Source: an uncultured Gemmatimonadaceae bacterium (GTDB lineage: Bacteria > Gemmatimonadota > Gemmatimonadetes > Gemmatimonadales > Gemmatimonadaceae). Taken from it: a stretch of DNA of 64,000 bases. A program made the translations under genes and the position numbers. Below, one piece after another: positions 37,047-49,602 of the stretch. The stretch is from NCBI GenBank assembly GCA_963822945.1, contig CAWGJO010000024.1, positions 96,001-160,000 of the forward strand, given 5' to 3'. Position 1 is the stretch's first letter. Each line of letters opens with the position of its first letter. The notes under the pieces were generated by a model. That model saw only the letters and a list, made by a program, of their open reading frames with translations, was not told where the DNA came from and made no database searches.

Positions 37047-38693
37047 CTACGCCACGGCGTAGTGCTGGGTGACGTCCCGCCCGGCGGTCTTCACCACGAG
37101 CTTGAACTCGTCGGGCCGGAGGAGTGGATCGTCCCGGATCTCGAGACTGAACCCGACGGTCTTCTCGAGCTTCTTGAGCAGGTCCTTCTCCTCCTGCAGC
37201 ACGTACATGGCGACGTCGGGGTGCAGCTTCACCACCATCGGGTCCTTCTTCCCCTCGACGCCCATGCGACGCAGCGAGCGCTCGACGCGCCGCACGATGG
37301 TCTCGGCGGTGAACACCCGGCCCGTACCCGCGCAGGTGGGGCAGGCCTCGGTCATGTTCTGCAGGTGGCTCTGGCGCACGCGCTGCCGGGTCATCTCGAT
37401 GAGACCGAGTTCACTGACCGCGAACGCCTTGGTGCGTGCCCGGTCGCGGCTCAGGTGATTGCGCAGCTCCTGGAGCACCCGGTCGCGGTTGGCCTTGGTC
37501 TCCATGTCGATGAAGTCGCAGACGATGATCCCGCCGATGTCGCGCAGGCGGATCTGCCGCGCCACCTCTCGTGCCGCTTCGAGGTTGGTGCGCAGGATCG
37601 TCTTCTCCGGATCCTTCTTGCCGGTATACCGTCCCGAGTTCACGTCCACGGACACCAGGGCCTCCGTGGGCTCGATGATCAGATACCCGCCGGCCGGCAG
37701 GTCGCACCGCCGTTTGAACAGATCGCGGATCTCGGGCTCGATCCCGGCCTTGTCGAAGATGCCGGCCGTGTCGTCCCACAATTTGATGCGGTCGATGAGG
37801 TCGGGGGCGACGCCCTTCAGATAGCCGATGATCTCGTTGTACACCTGCTTCGAATCCACGGACACCTGCTCCACCTTCTCGCTGAACAGGTCGCGGATCA
37901 GCCCGCGCGTGAGGTTCGTCTCGCGGTGGATGAGCGCGGGCGCGCGCACGAAGTGCGTCTTCCGCTTGATGCGCTTCCACTGGCCGATGAGCGTGTCGAG
38001 CTCGCGCTTGAACGTCTCCTTGGTCGCATCCTCGCCCACGGTGCGGGCGATGACACCGCCCGCGTCCTTCGGGAGGACGCTCTCCACCATTTCGCGCAGC
38101 CGGCCGCGCTCGGCGCGATCGCCGATCTTGCGGCTCACTCCCACGCGTGACGCGAACGGCATGAAGACCAGGAACCGCCCGGCCATGGACACCTGCGCCG
38201 TTACGCGTGGGCCCTTGGTGGAGATGGGCTCCTTGGAGATCTGGACGATGATCTCCTGGCCGCGCTTGAGCACGTCCTGAATGGGCGGGGCCTTGGCCCG
38301 CGCCGCCCGGCGGCCCCCGCCGCCGCGACGCCCGCGGCCCCGCGGCCGCGCCTCGGCATTGGCTTCGCCGTTCTCCTCGGCGTACGGGGAGTCCTCGGAC
38401 GGCTCGTCGGCCGCGTCGTCCTCGCCATTCTCGTCGGCGTCGTCGTCGTCCGCTTCGCCGTCTTCCGGATACACCAGATCGGACGCGTGCAGGAACGCGC
38501 TCTTCTCGGTGCCGATGTCGACGAAGGCGGCCTGAATGCCGGGGAGAACCGCTTCTACGCGGCCGAAGTAGATGTCGCCGACCATGCGCCGTGCTTCCGG
38601 CCGGTCGACGAGGAGTTCAACGAGTTGCTCGTCTTCCAGAATCGCAACCCGCGTTTCGCGCGGCGTTGCGTTGATAAGAATTTCGCGTTTCAT
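37047..38693 (-). CDS. rng: Rne/Rng family ribonuclease
   Basis: MKREILIN, S1 domain AAFVDIG, DVNSG, LRDIGGIIVCDFIDM, CPTCAGTG Zn link. Confidence 0.93.
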   Translation of the reverse strand: MKREILINATPRETRVAILEDEQLVELLVDRPEARRMVGDIYFGRVEAVLPGIQAAFVDIGTEKSAFLHASDLVYPEDGEADDDDADENGEDDAADEPSEDSPYAEENGEANAEARPRGRGRRGGGGRRAARAKAPPIQDVLKRGQEIIVQISKEPISTKGPRVTAQVSMAGRFLVFMPFASRVGVSRKIGDRAERGRLREMVESVLPKDAGGVIARTVGEDATKETFKRELDTLIGQWKRIKRKTHFVRAPALIHRETNLTRGLIRDLFSEKVEQVSVDSKQVYNEIIGYLKGVAPDLIDRIKLWDDTAGIFDKAGIEPEIRDLFKRRCDLPAGGYLIIEPTEALVSVDVNSGRYTGKKDPEKTILRTNLEAAREVARQIRLRDIGGIIVCDFIDMETKANRDRVLQELRNHLSRDRARTKAFAVSELGLIEMTRQRVRQSHLQNMTEACPTCAGTGRVFTAETIVRRVERSLRRMGVEGKKDPMVVKLHPDVAMYVLQEEKDLLKKLEKTVGFSLEIRDDPLLRPDEFKLVVKTAGRDVTQHYAVA

Positions 38694-39095
38694 CGGGAAC
38701 CGCCGGCGCTGCTCCGCGCGGCGACTCGGCACGCGGATTGGGGCGGTTGGGGGTGTACGGGGTGGCGGCACGCAGAGACACACGACGGTGTCCGGCGGCC
38801 GAAGCGTGGCTGGGTATCCACCACTCGAGCGGGATCGACCACGCTGAGCCCGGCTGCCGCCGTGCGCCCCGCGCGATGCGCGTGCGCACGTCCATCATTC
38901 TGGAATACGGCTGCTTCCCACGGGCCAGCATGCGATCGACTTCATGACGGAAGCCGTGCGCCGCGAGGGGGATGGCTGCACAGACGGCGGCCGATGCTGC
39001 TTCGGCCGCCGCTGCACATCGAGAGCCTCGACCACGCCGCGAGTCGCGCGGCTGTGCCAAGGCGGGAAATACTGAGGAAGTGATCACCGACAGAA

Positions 39096-39124
39096 TTACT
39101 AGTGCTGAACGGTCGCTTCCGCAA
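39096..39124 (-). promoter_or_regulatory. Candidate sigma70 promoter giving rne/rng a leader of about 400 nt
   Basis: TTGCGG-N17-TAGTAA. Confidence 0.5.
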
Positions 39125-39147
39125 GAGTGGCAAGGACTTACGGACGG

Positions 39148-40366
39148 TCAGTCCAGCAAGTCCTTGAGCAGGTGCCGGGCGATCACGATGCGCTGGATTT
39201 CGGACGTGCCCTCCCCGATCTCACAAATCTTCGCGTCGCGCATCATGCGCTCGATGGGGTAGTCTTTGGTGTAGCCGTACCCGCCATGCAGTTGCAGCGC
39301 CTTGATCGTGGTGCGCATGGCCAGCTCCGAGCAGAAGAGCTTCGCCATCGCCGCCTCCTTGCCGAACGGGCTTCCCGTTCTGCGCCAACCATGCGGCGTG
39401 GAACATCAGGTGCCGGCCGGCCTCGATCTCGGTGGCCATGTCCGACAACTGGAAGTGCACGCCCTGGAACGTGGCGATGGCCTGCCCGAACTGCTTGCGC
39501 ACGGTCGTGTACTTGCGCGCCTCTTCGAATGCGCCCTCGGCGATTCCCAACGACAGGGCAGCGATCCCGATGCGTCCCGAGTCGAGCGTGCGCATGAAGT
39601 TCTTGAAGCCCATGCCCTCTTCCCCGAGGCGATTCTCCGCCGGGACCTCCACGTCCTCCATGATCAGCTCGGCGGTGTCGGAGGCGCGCCAACCCAGCTT
39701 GTCCTCCTTCTTGCCCGCCCGGAATCCCTTCATGGCGGGGAGCGACGGCTCGTGGCCCACGCCGGCGGCCGCGGCGCCCTCGGGGTCGCCGGTGGGCTTG
39801 GTGAGGATGAAGGAGCTGATCCCCTTGGTGCCCTGCCCCGGATTGGTGACCGCGGTGACGACGAAGATTTCACCCACGTGCCCGTGCGTGATGAACCGTT
39901 TGACGCCGTTGATCACGTACCGGTCGCCTTTCTTCACGGCGGTGGTGCGCGTGCCGCCCGCGTCGCTGCCGGCGTCGGGTTCGGTGAGGCCGAATCCGCC
40001 CATCACCCGACCGGACGCCAGGAACGGCACGTAGCGCTTCTGCTGCTCCGCGGTGCCGAAGTGAACGATGGGCGACGTGCCGAGGGTGGTGTGCGCGGAA
40101 ACCGTGAGTCCGTGCGAGGCGTCGACCTTGGCCAACTCCTCGATCACGATCATGTAGCTGAGCAGGTCGAGTCCGGCGCCGCCGAGTTCCTCGGACCACG
40201 GCACGCCGAGCAACCCGAGTTCGCCCATGCGCTTGATGTTGGCCCACGGGAAGGTGGCGTCGGCATCGTGCCGCGCGGCCACGGGGGCCACTTCGTCGCG
40301 CGCGAACTCGCGAACCATCTCGCGCACGGCCAGGTGCTGCTCGGAAAAGTAGAGGGCGTCGTCCAT
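39148..40366 (-). CDS. Acyl-CoA dehydrogenase (short/branched-chain type), frameshift near 39365
   Basis: [26 protein letters not shown]-terminus AMAKL...HGGYGY...[11 protein letters not shown] in another frame. Confidence 0.9.
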
Positions 40367-40371
40367 GTCAA

Positions 40372-42226
<1,855 letters not shown>

Positions 42227-42286
42227 GCGCGCACGCTAGGCGCCGCGCCGGCGGCGGGCATCATCGAAACCGGGCGCGTGGCGCCC

Positions 42287-44776
42287 TTACACGGCACGAG
42301 TAAAATGTCCGCGCGTGAAGGAAGCGCCCACCAGTTCGCGCACCGGGGAACGGACCGCCGTCCTGCCGTGGTCCAGTGCGTCCAGTGTCTCGCGATAGCC
42401 TCTCACGATCTCGCCCACCGGGTCGCCGGCCACGTTGAACACGGCCCGGAACGAGCGAATGCCCGCTTCCCAGAGGCGTGGCACGAACTCCGAGCCCTCG
42501 ATCGGGCGCGAGTGCAGCAGCCGGTTGCGGCAGGCGGAATCGGTGGCCACGGGGAACGCGTATCCCGTGGGGTCGGTGAGTTGCACGTTGACGTGCTTCT
42601 GCACGCACAGATCGCGACAGGTGGTGGGCTCGCGTTCGAATGCGGCCGAGAGCACGCAGTGTTCGAGCGTCATGCCCTCGGGCCGTCCGTAAACGAAGAC
42701 TTCGAAACCGCGCCCCTCCCAGGGCGCCACCAGTTGACGGATCTCGTCGAGCGTCAGTTCCACCGATGCGGTGAGACGGCGGGCGCCAAGCCGGAATATC
42801 TCGGCCGCGGTATGCTGGTTCATCACGTTCACCGCATAGTCGGCGGTGACGTCGACTCCGGCGCGCGAAAGCTCGGCCACCAGTCCCAGGTGCCCCGACT
42901 GCACGGGGAGTCCGAGATCGAGCCACTTCTGCACGGTCGCCCTTTCTTCCGGGCGCACGATGGTCGGCGTGCGGAGCCGGAGCGAGATCCCGTCGCCCGC
43001 CAGCCGTTCGTGCAGCGCCCGGACCCTGGCCTTGGGCGGCGCCGGGTGGCGAAGGAACGGATCGAACACGATCTCCGTGGCGCCGGCCTGCGCGGCCGCC
43101 TCCGCATCGCCGAGGTCGAACACCTCGGCCACCAGCCGGAACCGCGGCTCATCCCCCGCCGGGGACGCCACGACGGAGAGGTCCGCTAACGCCGCCTCCA
43201 CGTGCGCACGGCGCTCCGTCTCGGCCGCGTGCCGCGCCCAATCGCGTCGCTGCATCAGCTCGTCCACCGCCCGCTGACGCAGGTGGTTGAGTTCGCTCAC
43301 GGGCAGGAACAGCCCGGGCGCGAGCCCTGCATCGTCCAGCGCCGAGAGGGCGAACGGCGTCTCGCCCAATCGCCCGAATTGCTCGCGGAGAAGGTGGCGG
43401 TCGAGGGGACGCTTGCTGGCCGGCGAGAGCGTGGCCTGGCTCTGCACGGTGACCGACTCGCCGCCGCTCACGAATGTGGCTTTGAGCGGAGACCCGGCCG
43501 AGCCGAACACGCGCGCATCGAGGCGCACCTTGTGCGCGCGGACGTGCGCCGGCAGCGCGGCGTACGATTCGCGAGCCCGATTCAGCAGCGCTGCTTCGGA
43601 GGTGCGGAATACCTTCCAGCCCGGCTGCACCCGTACCGGCACCGCAATCGCCTGCCGGATTCGGCCGCCAGCCGACAAGGTGCGAACCGCCGTCACGGTG
43701 CCGCCTGCCGACGCACCGCCACGCCCTTCGGGTGCCTCGAATCCCACCCCGTCGCCCGGTTCGATGGGCGCCGAGACCTCGACCACGATCTCTCCGCGCC
43801 CCAGTTCGAGCACCGTGCCGAGCAGCGCCCCGCGGTTGTCGGGCTGCGTGCGGGTGACGTAGTCCCGTCCCGCCCGCCCCCCGTACATGCCACCGGTAAA
43901 TCCGCGGCTGAAGATCTGGACCAGCGGCTGCACTTCCGAGGCGTCCGGGAGCGTGCGGTCGCCCCGCGCGATGCGGTCGAGGAAACCGCGGTACGTACTC
44001 GTCACGGTGGCGACGTACTCGGGCTTCTTCTTCCGGCCCTCCACCTTCAGGCAGGCGATGCCCGCATCGGCGATCTCGGGCAGGTGGTCGTGCGCCGCCA
44101 GATCGCGGGCCGAGATCAGGTAGCCGCGGTCCAACTCCCGGCCGTCGGCGACATCCGTGAGCACGTAGTCCTTGCGGCACGACTGCGCGCACGAGCCGCG
44201 ATTGGCGCTCCGCTCCGAGATCATCCCCGACATGTAGCACTGACCGGAGTACGAGATGCAGAGCGCGCCGTGCACGAACGACTCCAGTCCCAGATCGGGC
44301 ACGGCGGCGCGAATGCTCCGGATGTCGTCGAGCGTATTCTCGCGGGCCAGCACCACGCGGTGCACCCCCAGTTCGTGGAGCACCGCGGCGCCCGCCGCAT
44401 CGTGCACGGTCATCTGCGTGGACCCGTGGATCTCGAGCTGCGGGTACACACGCTGGATGAGCCGGATGGCGCCGATGTCCTGCACGATCGCGGCGTCGAT
44501 GCCGCGGTCCACCGCCTCCCCGAGGAAGAGCAGCGACTCCACCAACTCGTGCGGCTTGAACAGGATGTTGAAGGTCAGGTAGATGCGGCGCCCACGCTCG
44601 TGGGCCAGCCGGCACGCCTGCTCCACGTCGTCCAGCGAGAGTTGCGCCCCCTCATCGCGCGCGTTCCATCGCTCGGCGCCCAGGTACACCGAGTCGGCGC
44701 CGTTGGCCAATGCGGCGCGCACGGCGTCGAGCGAGCCCGCCGGGGCGAGCAGTTCGGGGATCGGGGTGGCGGGCAT
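42287..44776 (-). CDS. U32 peptidase-family protein with DUF3656-like region (RlhA-like RNA hydroxylase)
   Basis: ELLAPAGS, HGALCISYSGQC, SANRGSCAQSCR, KVEGR; second degenerate U32 domain at the C-terminus. Confidence 0.85.
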   Translation of the reverse strand: MPATPIPELLAPAGSLDAVRAALANGADSVYLGAERWNARDEGAQLSLDDVEQACRLAHERGRRIYLTFNILFKPHELVESLLFLGEAVDRGIDAAIVQDIGAIRLIQRVYPQLEIHGSTQMTVHDAAGAAVLHELGVHRVVLARENTLDDIRSIRAAVPDLGLESFVHGALCISYSGQCYMSGMISERSANRGSCAQSCRKDYVLTDVADGRELDRGYLISARDLAAHDHLPEIADAGIACLKVEGRKKKPEYVATVTSTYRGFLDRIARGDRTLPDASEVQPLVQIFSRGFTGGMYGGRAGRDYVTRTQPDNRGALLGTVLELGRGEIVVEVSAPIEPGDGVGFEAPEGRGGASAGGTVTAVRTLSAGGRIRQAIAVPVRVQPGWKVFRTSEAALLNRARESYAALPAHVRAHKVRLDARVFGSAGSPLKATFVSGGESVTVQSQATLSPASKRPLDRHLLREQFGRLGETPFALSALDDAGLAPGLFLPVSELNHLRQRAVDELMQRRDWARHAAETERRAHVEAALADLSVVASPAGDEPRFRLVAEVFDLGDAEAAAQAGATEIVFDPFLRHPAPPKARVRALHERLAGDGISLRLRTPTIVRPEERATVQKWLDLGLPVQSGHLGLVAELSRAGVDVTADYAVNVMNQHTAAEIFRLGARRLTASVELTLDEIRQLVAPWEGRGFEVFVYGRPEGMTLEHCVLSAAFEREPTTCRDLCVQKHVNVQLTDPTGYAFPVATDSACRNRLLHSRPIEGSEFVPRLWEAGIRSFRAVFNVAGDPVGEIVRGYRETLDALDHGRTAVRSPVRELVGASFTRGHFTRAV

Positions 44777-44808
44777 GTGCGCAACCTAGCGGCTCCGGCC
44801 CGCCCCCT

Positions 44809-45012
44809 CTACGGGCCGCGGCTTCCGGTATCGCCGCCGCGGCCGTCGATCCGGTCGCGCACCGAGCGGGGAGCAGCCGCAACGCCACCGCCACGACCAG
44901 CACCCCCATGCCCGCCAAGCGCAGGTGCGCGTTGTCGATGCGGGCGCCGTACCCCCACACGACGATGCCTACCGCCGCCAGATGCGACCTTGATGAGCGC
45001 GAGCCGGGTCAA
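44809..45012 (-). CDS. Small two-helix membrane protein, apparently broken by two frameshifts
   Basis: TTG overlaps the upstream TGA. LTRLALIKVA / LAAVGIVVWGYGARIDNAHLRLAGMGVLVVAVALRLLP / VRDRIDG...* read across frames. Confidence 0.45.
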   Translation of the reverse strand: MTRLALIKVASGGGRHRRVGVRRPHRQRAPALGGHGGAGRGGGVAAAPRSVRDRIDGRGGDTGSRGP

Positions 45013-45362
45013 GCCGCCGCCGGGAGCCCCAACGGCTTGGCCTCCGCGTCCGGCACGTCGAGCACCAGGCGGAGGAGCGCCGTGGAATACACCTTCCCCT
45101 GCGCATCGGTCTGGAGCGACAGGGTGCCGCCCCCGTCCAGCGCCCCGTGCAGCAGGAAGTTCAGGGCATGGAGGTTGGGCAGCTCGAACCGTTCGACCGG
45201 GCCATCGATGAGGCCGCGAAAGTGTTCGGCCACGCGGTCCCGGGTGAGGTACTTCACCAGCACGGGATACCATTCGGGCTTCAGCGCAATGACGCCGACG
45301 TTCGCGGTGTCGCCCTTGTCGCCCGACCGGGCGTGCGCGATGTCGAGAAGGCGGACGTGCAT
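45009..45362 (-). CDS. AtuA-related small protein (AtuA C-terminal-like domain)
   Basis: IAHARSGDKGD, NFLLHGALDGGG..SL..DAQGK. Confidence 0.85.
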   Translation of the reverse strand: MHVRLLDIAHARSGDKGDTANVGVIALKPEWYPVLVKYLTRDRVAEHFRGLIDGPVERFELPNLHALNFLLHGALDGGGTLSLQTDAQGKVYSTALLRLVLDVPDAEAKPLGLPAAA

Positions 45363-46723
45363 CAGAGGATCTCCACGTGGGTCTGGACCACGCGCTTGTC
45401 GATGAGCGCCGGCCAGTAGGCGACGATCTCCTCCACCTTGGGACGGCCGGCGGCGAAGCCCGTGACGCTCGGTGGACCGTTGAGCACCAGCGGCACGATC
45501 TCACGGGTGAAGCGTTCGACCATGGCCCGGTCGTGGCCGCGCACGCCGATGCGGTACTGCACTTCGGGCGCATCCCGGCCGGCGTCGCCCGCCAGCCGGC
45601 CGTGGGTGGCCGAGGCCCCGACGAACTCGCTCAGAATGTGGTCGAACTTGAGGCCAAGCCGGTCGAGCCGTTCACGCAACACGCGATCGGCGAGCTGCGC
45701 CTTCTCCAGCGCATCCGGCCACGCGTACACCAGCGAGCCCACCGCCTTGTACCCGTCGCGATAGGCGATGGACACCTTCAGCTTGTCGGTGGCTTCGCGT
45801 CCCTGGATGCCGAATACGCGCACGCGATTGTCGCCCGCCTGTTCCAGGTGGATGCTGGAGAAGTCGGCAATGACGTCGGGGGTGATGTACGAGTGCGGGT
45901 CGCCCATCTCGTAGACGAGCTGTTCCGACACCGAGGGCACGTTGATCCAGCCGCCGGTGTTCGGATGCTTCGTGACGAAGAAGCTGCCGTCGGGATGCCC
46001 CTCGATGATCGGGTAGCCGACGTTGGCCAGGTCCGGGACCTCGCGCCAGTTGTAGAGGCAGTTGCCGCCCGAGCACTGGGCGCCGCATTCGATGATGTGC
46101 CCGGCGATGATCCCGGCGGCGAGGCGGTTCCAGTCGTCGGCCTTCCAGCCGAACTCGAAGCGTAGCGGCGCCATGGTGAGCGCGGTGTCGGTGGAGCGCC
46201 CGGTGATGACGATGTTGGCGCCGCGCGAGAGCGCCTCGACGATCGGCACGGAGCCGATGTAGGCATTGGCCGACAGCACGCGGTCGCGGACGGTGCTCAG
46301 CGGCTCGCCCGTTTCCATGTGCGTCAGCGCGTGCCCGTCGGCGATCAGATCGTCGAGCCGCGGGAGCAGATCGTCGCCGGTGATGACGCCGATGTGCACC
46401 TTCTCGGCCGCGCCCGACTTTCCCGCCACGGCCCGCACCGCTTCGGCGCACGCCGGCGGGTTCACGCCGCCCGCGTTGGCGATCACGCGCACGCCGCGTT
46501 CGGTCACGGCGGGCATGACGCTCTCCATGGCGCCCACGAAGTCGCGGGCGTAGCCCATCTTCGGGTCGCGTTCCTTCTGCTTCTGCAGAATGGACATCGT
46601 GACCTCGGCCAGATAGTCGAGCATCAGGTAGTCCACGGGGCCGCCTTCCACCTGGCGCCGCGGAGCTTCCAGCCAATCGCCCCAGAATCCCTGCCCCGAT
46701 GCGACACGGACTATGTCTTTCAT
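45362..46723 (-). CDS. Acyclic terpene utilization AtuA family protein (DUF1446)
   Basis: [35 protein letters not shown]. Confidence 0.9.
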   Translation of the reverse strand: MKDIVRVASGQGFWGDWLEAPRRQVEGGPVDYLMLDYLAEVTMSILQKQKERDPKMGYARDFVGAMESVMPAVTERGVRVIANAGGVNPPACAEAVRAVAGKSGAAEKVHIGVITGDDLLPRLDDLIADGHALTHMETGEPLSTVRDRVLSANAYIGSVPIVEALSRGANIVITGRSTDTALTMAPLRFEFGWKADDWNRLAAGIIAGHIIECGAQCSGGNCLYNWREVPDLANVGYPIIEGHPDGSFFVTKHPNTGGWINVPSVSEQLVYEMGDPHSYITPDVIADFSSIHLEQAGDNRVRVFGIQGREATDKLKVSIAYRDGYKAVGSLVYAWPDALEKAQLADRVLRERLDRLGLKFDHILSEFVGASATHGRLAGDAGRDAPEVQYRIGVRGHDRAMVERFTREIVPLVLNGPPSVTGFAAGRPKVEEIVAYWPALIDKRVVQTHVEIL

Positions 46724-48330
46724 GATTCGTCGAAGTGTGCGGGAAGTACGAATGCCCCGAGATGCGGCCCGGAATTCTGGGCCGCCGCGCGCAGCGCGAG
46801 GGCGAGGGTGTGCCGCGTGTCCTCGGGATACACGATGGCGTCGATGTATCCGCGGGCACCGGCGTACTTGGCGTCGAGCTGGTGTTCGTAGTCGGCGCGC
46901 ATTTCCTCCATCGAGTCGGCCACCTCGGCCGCCGGCTCCTTGCCGGCCGCCCGGGCCGCCTCGATGGCGGGGCCGTGCACGGCCTGCACCGCGGCCTCGC
47001 CTTCCATCACCCCCATGCGGCCGCTGGGCCAGCTGAAGATGAAGTCGGGATCGAAGCCCTGTCCGGCCATGGCGTAGTAGCCCGCTCCCGACGCGTGGTT
47101 CACGGTGAGCACGATTTTGGGCACGCGCGCGGTGGCCATCGCCTCCACGAACCGCGCGCCGGCGCGGATGATGCCCTCGTGCTCGGCGTCGGGACCAACC
47201 ATGAAGCCCGACACGTCCTGCACGAACAGGATCGGAATGCGCTGCCGGTTACACCGGTCGATGAAGTAGGCCACCTTCTCGGCGCTTTCGGCGTACACGA
47301 TGCCGCCGAATCGGGGGCGTTCGCCGGCGCGTCCCTTGATGAGCCCACGCTGGTTGGCGATGATGCCGACCGGAATGCCCTCGATGCGCGCGTCGCCGCA
47401 GATCATCTCGCGGGCGAGTCCCTGCTGGAACTCGTCGATGCGCCCGCCGTCCAGGATAGCCTTGAGTATCTCGTGCATGTCGTACGACATGCGGTGGTCG
47501 GAGGGCAGCAGTTCGTAGAGCGTGGCCGGGTCGGCGGTGGGCGACTCCGGTTCGGGCCACGCCGGCAACGCAGGGCGCGGGAGCACCGCCACGAGATCCC
47601 GCAGCTTCTCGAGCCCGGCGGCGTCGTGGGGCACCTTGTAGTGCGCCACGCCGCTGATCTCGGTGTGCGTGGTGGCGCCGCCGAGCGTCTCGCCGTCGAT
47701 CACCTGTCCCGTGGCGCCCTTCACGAGGTTGGGACCGCCGAGTCCCATGAACGACGTGCCCTCCACCATCACGATCGTGTCGGAGAGCGCCGGCAGGTAG
47801 GCGCCGCCGGCGATGCACGGCCCCATGACCGCGGCCAACTGCGGCACGTGCAGGTAGTGCCGCATGATCGAGTTGTAGTAGAAGATGCGGCTGGCGCCGT
47901 ACTGCCCCGGGAAGACGCCCCCCTGATAGGGCAGGTTCACTCCGGAGGAGTCCACCAGATAGATGATGGGAATCCGGCAGCGCATGGCGATCTCCTGCGC
48001 CCGGAGCATCTTGCGGATCGTTTCGGGCCACCAGGAGCCGGCCTTCACCGTGGCATCGTTGGCGACGATCACCGTCTCGCGTCCCTCCACGATGCCGATA
48101 CCCGTGACGACGCCGGCGCCCGGCGCCTGGCCGTCGTACTGATCGTAGGCCACCAGCAGACCAACCTCGACGAACGCGGTGTCGGGGTCGCACAGTTTCG
48201 CGACCCGTTCGCGTGCCGTGAGTTTCCCCTGCTTGTGCTGCCGCGCGATCTTGTCGGGCCCACCGCCCTCACGAAGCCGGTCTTCGAGTTCGCGCAGCGC
48301 GTCGCTCAGCGCCCGCAGCCGCGACGTCAC
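46720..48330 (-). CDS. Acyl-CoA carboxylase carboxyltransferase subunit (MccB/AtuC-like)
   Basis: [39 protein letters not shown]. Confidence 0.9.
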   Translation of the reverse strand: MTSRLRALSDALRELEDRLREGGGPDKIARQHKQGKLTARERVAKLCDPDTAFVEVGLLVAYDQYDGQAPGAGVVTGIGIVEGRETVIVANDATVKAGSWWPETIRKMLRAQEIAMRCRIPIIYLVDSSGVNLPYQGGVFPGQYGASRIFYYNSIMRHYLHVPQLAAVMGPCIAGGAYLPALSDTIVMVEGTSFMGLGGPNLVKGATGQVIDGETLGGATTHTEISGVAHYKVPHDAAGLEKLRDLVAVLPRPALPAWPEPESPTADPATLYELLPSDHRMSYDMHEILKAILDGGRIDEFQQGLAREMICGDARIEGIPVGIIANQRGLIKGRAGERPRFGGIVYAESAEKVAYFIDRCNRQRIPILFVQDVSGFMVGPDAEHEGIIRAGARFVEAMATARVPKIVLTVNHASGAGYYAMAGQGFDPDFIFSWPSGRMGVMEGEAAVQAVHGPAIEAARAAGKEPAAEVADSMEEMRADYEHQLDAKYAGARGYIDAIVYPEDTRHTLALALRAAAQNSGPHLGAFVLPAHFDES

Positions 48331-48737
48331 GCTTCCTGCCGCGATCGCTCTTCGAACCACGTCCGGATGTAGTCGACGAGGTCCGAGGTTGGCGTTCCGG
48401 GGCCGAACAGCTCCCCGACTCCCTGGGCGCGCAGCGCGTCCATGTCTTCCTTGGGGATGATCCCGCCGCCGGTGACCAGAATGTCGTCGCGCCCCTGCTC
48501 CCGCAGCAGCTCCTTCACGCGCGGGAAGAGCGTCATGTGGGCGCCGCTGAGAATGGACAGCCCGACGACGTCCACGTCTTCCTGGATGGCGGCGTTGGCG
48601 ATCATTTCCGGTGTCTGGTGCAGACCGGTGTAGATGACTTCCATGCCTGCGTCCCGGAGAGCCGCGGCGACCACTTTGGCGCCGCGGTCATGACCGTCCA
48701 GACCGGGTTTGGCAACGAGCACTCGGATGGGGCGCAT
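48327..48737 (-). CDS. Acyl-CoA mutase small (cobalamin-binding) subunit
   Basis: [12 protein letters not shown]xHxxG motif. Confidence 0.93.
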   Translation of the reverse strand: MRPIRVLVAKPGLDGHDRGAKVVAAALRDAGMEVIYTGLHQTPEMIANAAIQEDVDVVGLSILSGAHMTLFPRVKELLREQGRDDILVTGGGIIPKEDMDALRAQGVGELFGPGTPTSDLVDYIRTWFEERSRQEA

Positions 48738-48797
48738 GGACAGCGTGGGTCAGAGGTTCACCGGCGCCGATGGGAGGCACCGGCGTCCGCAGTCAAG

Positions 48798-49583
48798 CTA
48801 GCGGGCGCGTTGCCGCGGGGGCAACTCGTGCTTGCGCGCCACGAGCAGCATCTCGCCGGACCGCCGGCCGAGGGGGCGCTGGCTCCACCCGTCCCACGCC
48901 GCCTCCACGATCAGGCCCGAGCGGGCCATGAGATCGGCGAGCGCCGTGGGTGTGTACAGGCGGATGCGGTGCGCCCGCTCGCCCGACCCGTGCGGACCGT
49001 ACCAGTTGGAAGTCACGGTGAGGATCCCCGACAGGGGATCGAAATCACGCTCCTGCCCCACCAGCGTCCCGTCGGAGGTTCGCCACCAGTCACGGGCCAG
49101 GAACCGGGCCATCACGCCGTCGCGGTTGCCGCCGTGCCACAGGAGCACGGCGCCGGGTTTCAGCACGCGGGCGAACTCGGCGATGGTGCGTGCGTCATCG
49201 GCGGGTTCGGTGAAGAAGCCGAACGACGTGAACAGATTCACCACCGCGTCGAACCGGCCGGTCCACCGGGCGGGCAGCTTCCGCATGTCGCCGTGGTGGT
49301 AGCGCAGACTCGGGCCGGTTCCTCTGGCGCGGGCCCGGGCCAGCAGGTCGCGCGAGTAGTCGAGCCCGTCCACGCGGTAGCCGGCCTCGGCCAGGAGATG
49401 GGCATGCCGCCCCTGGCCGCACGGGACGTCGAGCACGCGGGCGCCAACGGGTAGTCCCAGCAATTCGACCACACGCGTGACGTCCTGCCGGGCGCGTTCG
49501 GGCGTGAAGATCGGTTCGTATTCGAGCAGGTACTGCGCGTCGAAGTAGTCGCGCCACCACTCGGAGGATTTCTTTCGAGGCAC
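48798..49583 (-). CDS. Class I SAM-dependent methyltransferase
   Basis: VLDVPCGQGRH, GDMR, FTSFGFF, VLKPG. Confidence 0.88.
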   Translation of the reverse strand: MPRKKSSEWWRDYFDAQYLLEYEPIFTPERARQDVTRVVELLGLPVGARVLDVPCGQGRHAHLLAEAGYRVDGLDYSRDLLARARARGTGPSLRYHHGDMRKLPARWTGRFDAVVNLFTSFGFFTEPADDARTIAEFARVLKPGAVLLWHGGNRDGVMARFLARDWWRTSDGTLVGQERDFDPLSGILTVTSNWYGPHGSGERAHRIRLYTPTALADLMARSGLIVEAAWDGWSQRPLGRRSGEMLLVARKHELPPRQRAR

Positions 49584-49602
49584 TCCGAAAGGTAGTCAGG
49601 CG

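Noticed and set aside
48738..48797. Cobalamin riboswitch near the mutase genes
   Set aside because: Intergenic gaps are too short and no B12-box was recognised.
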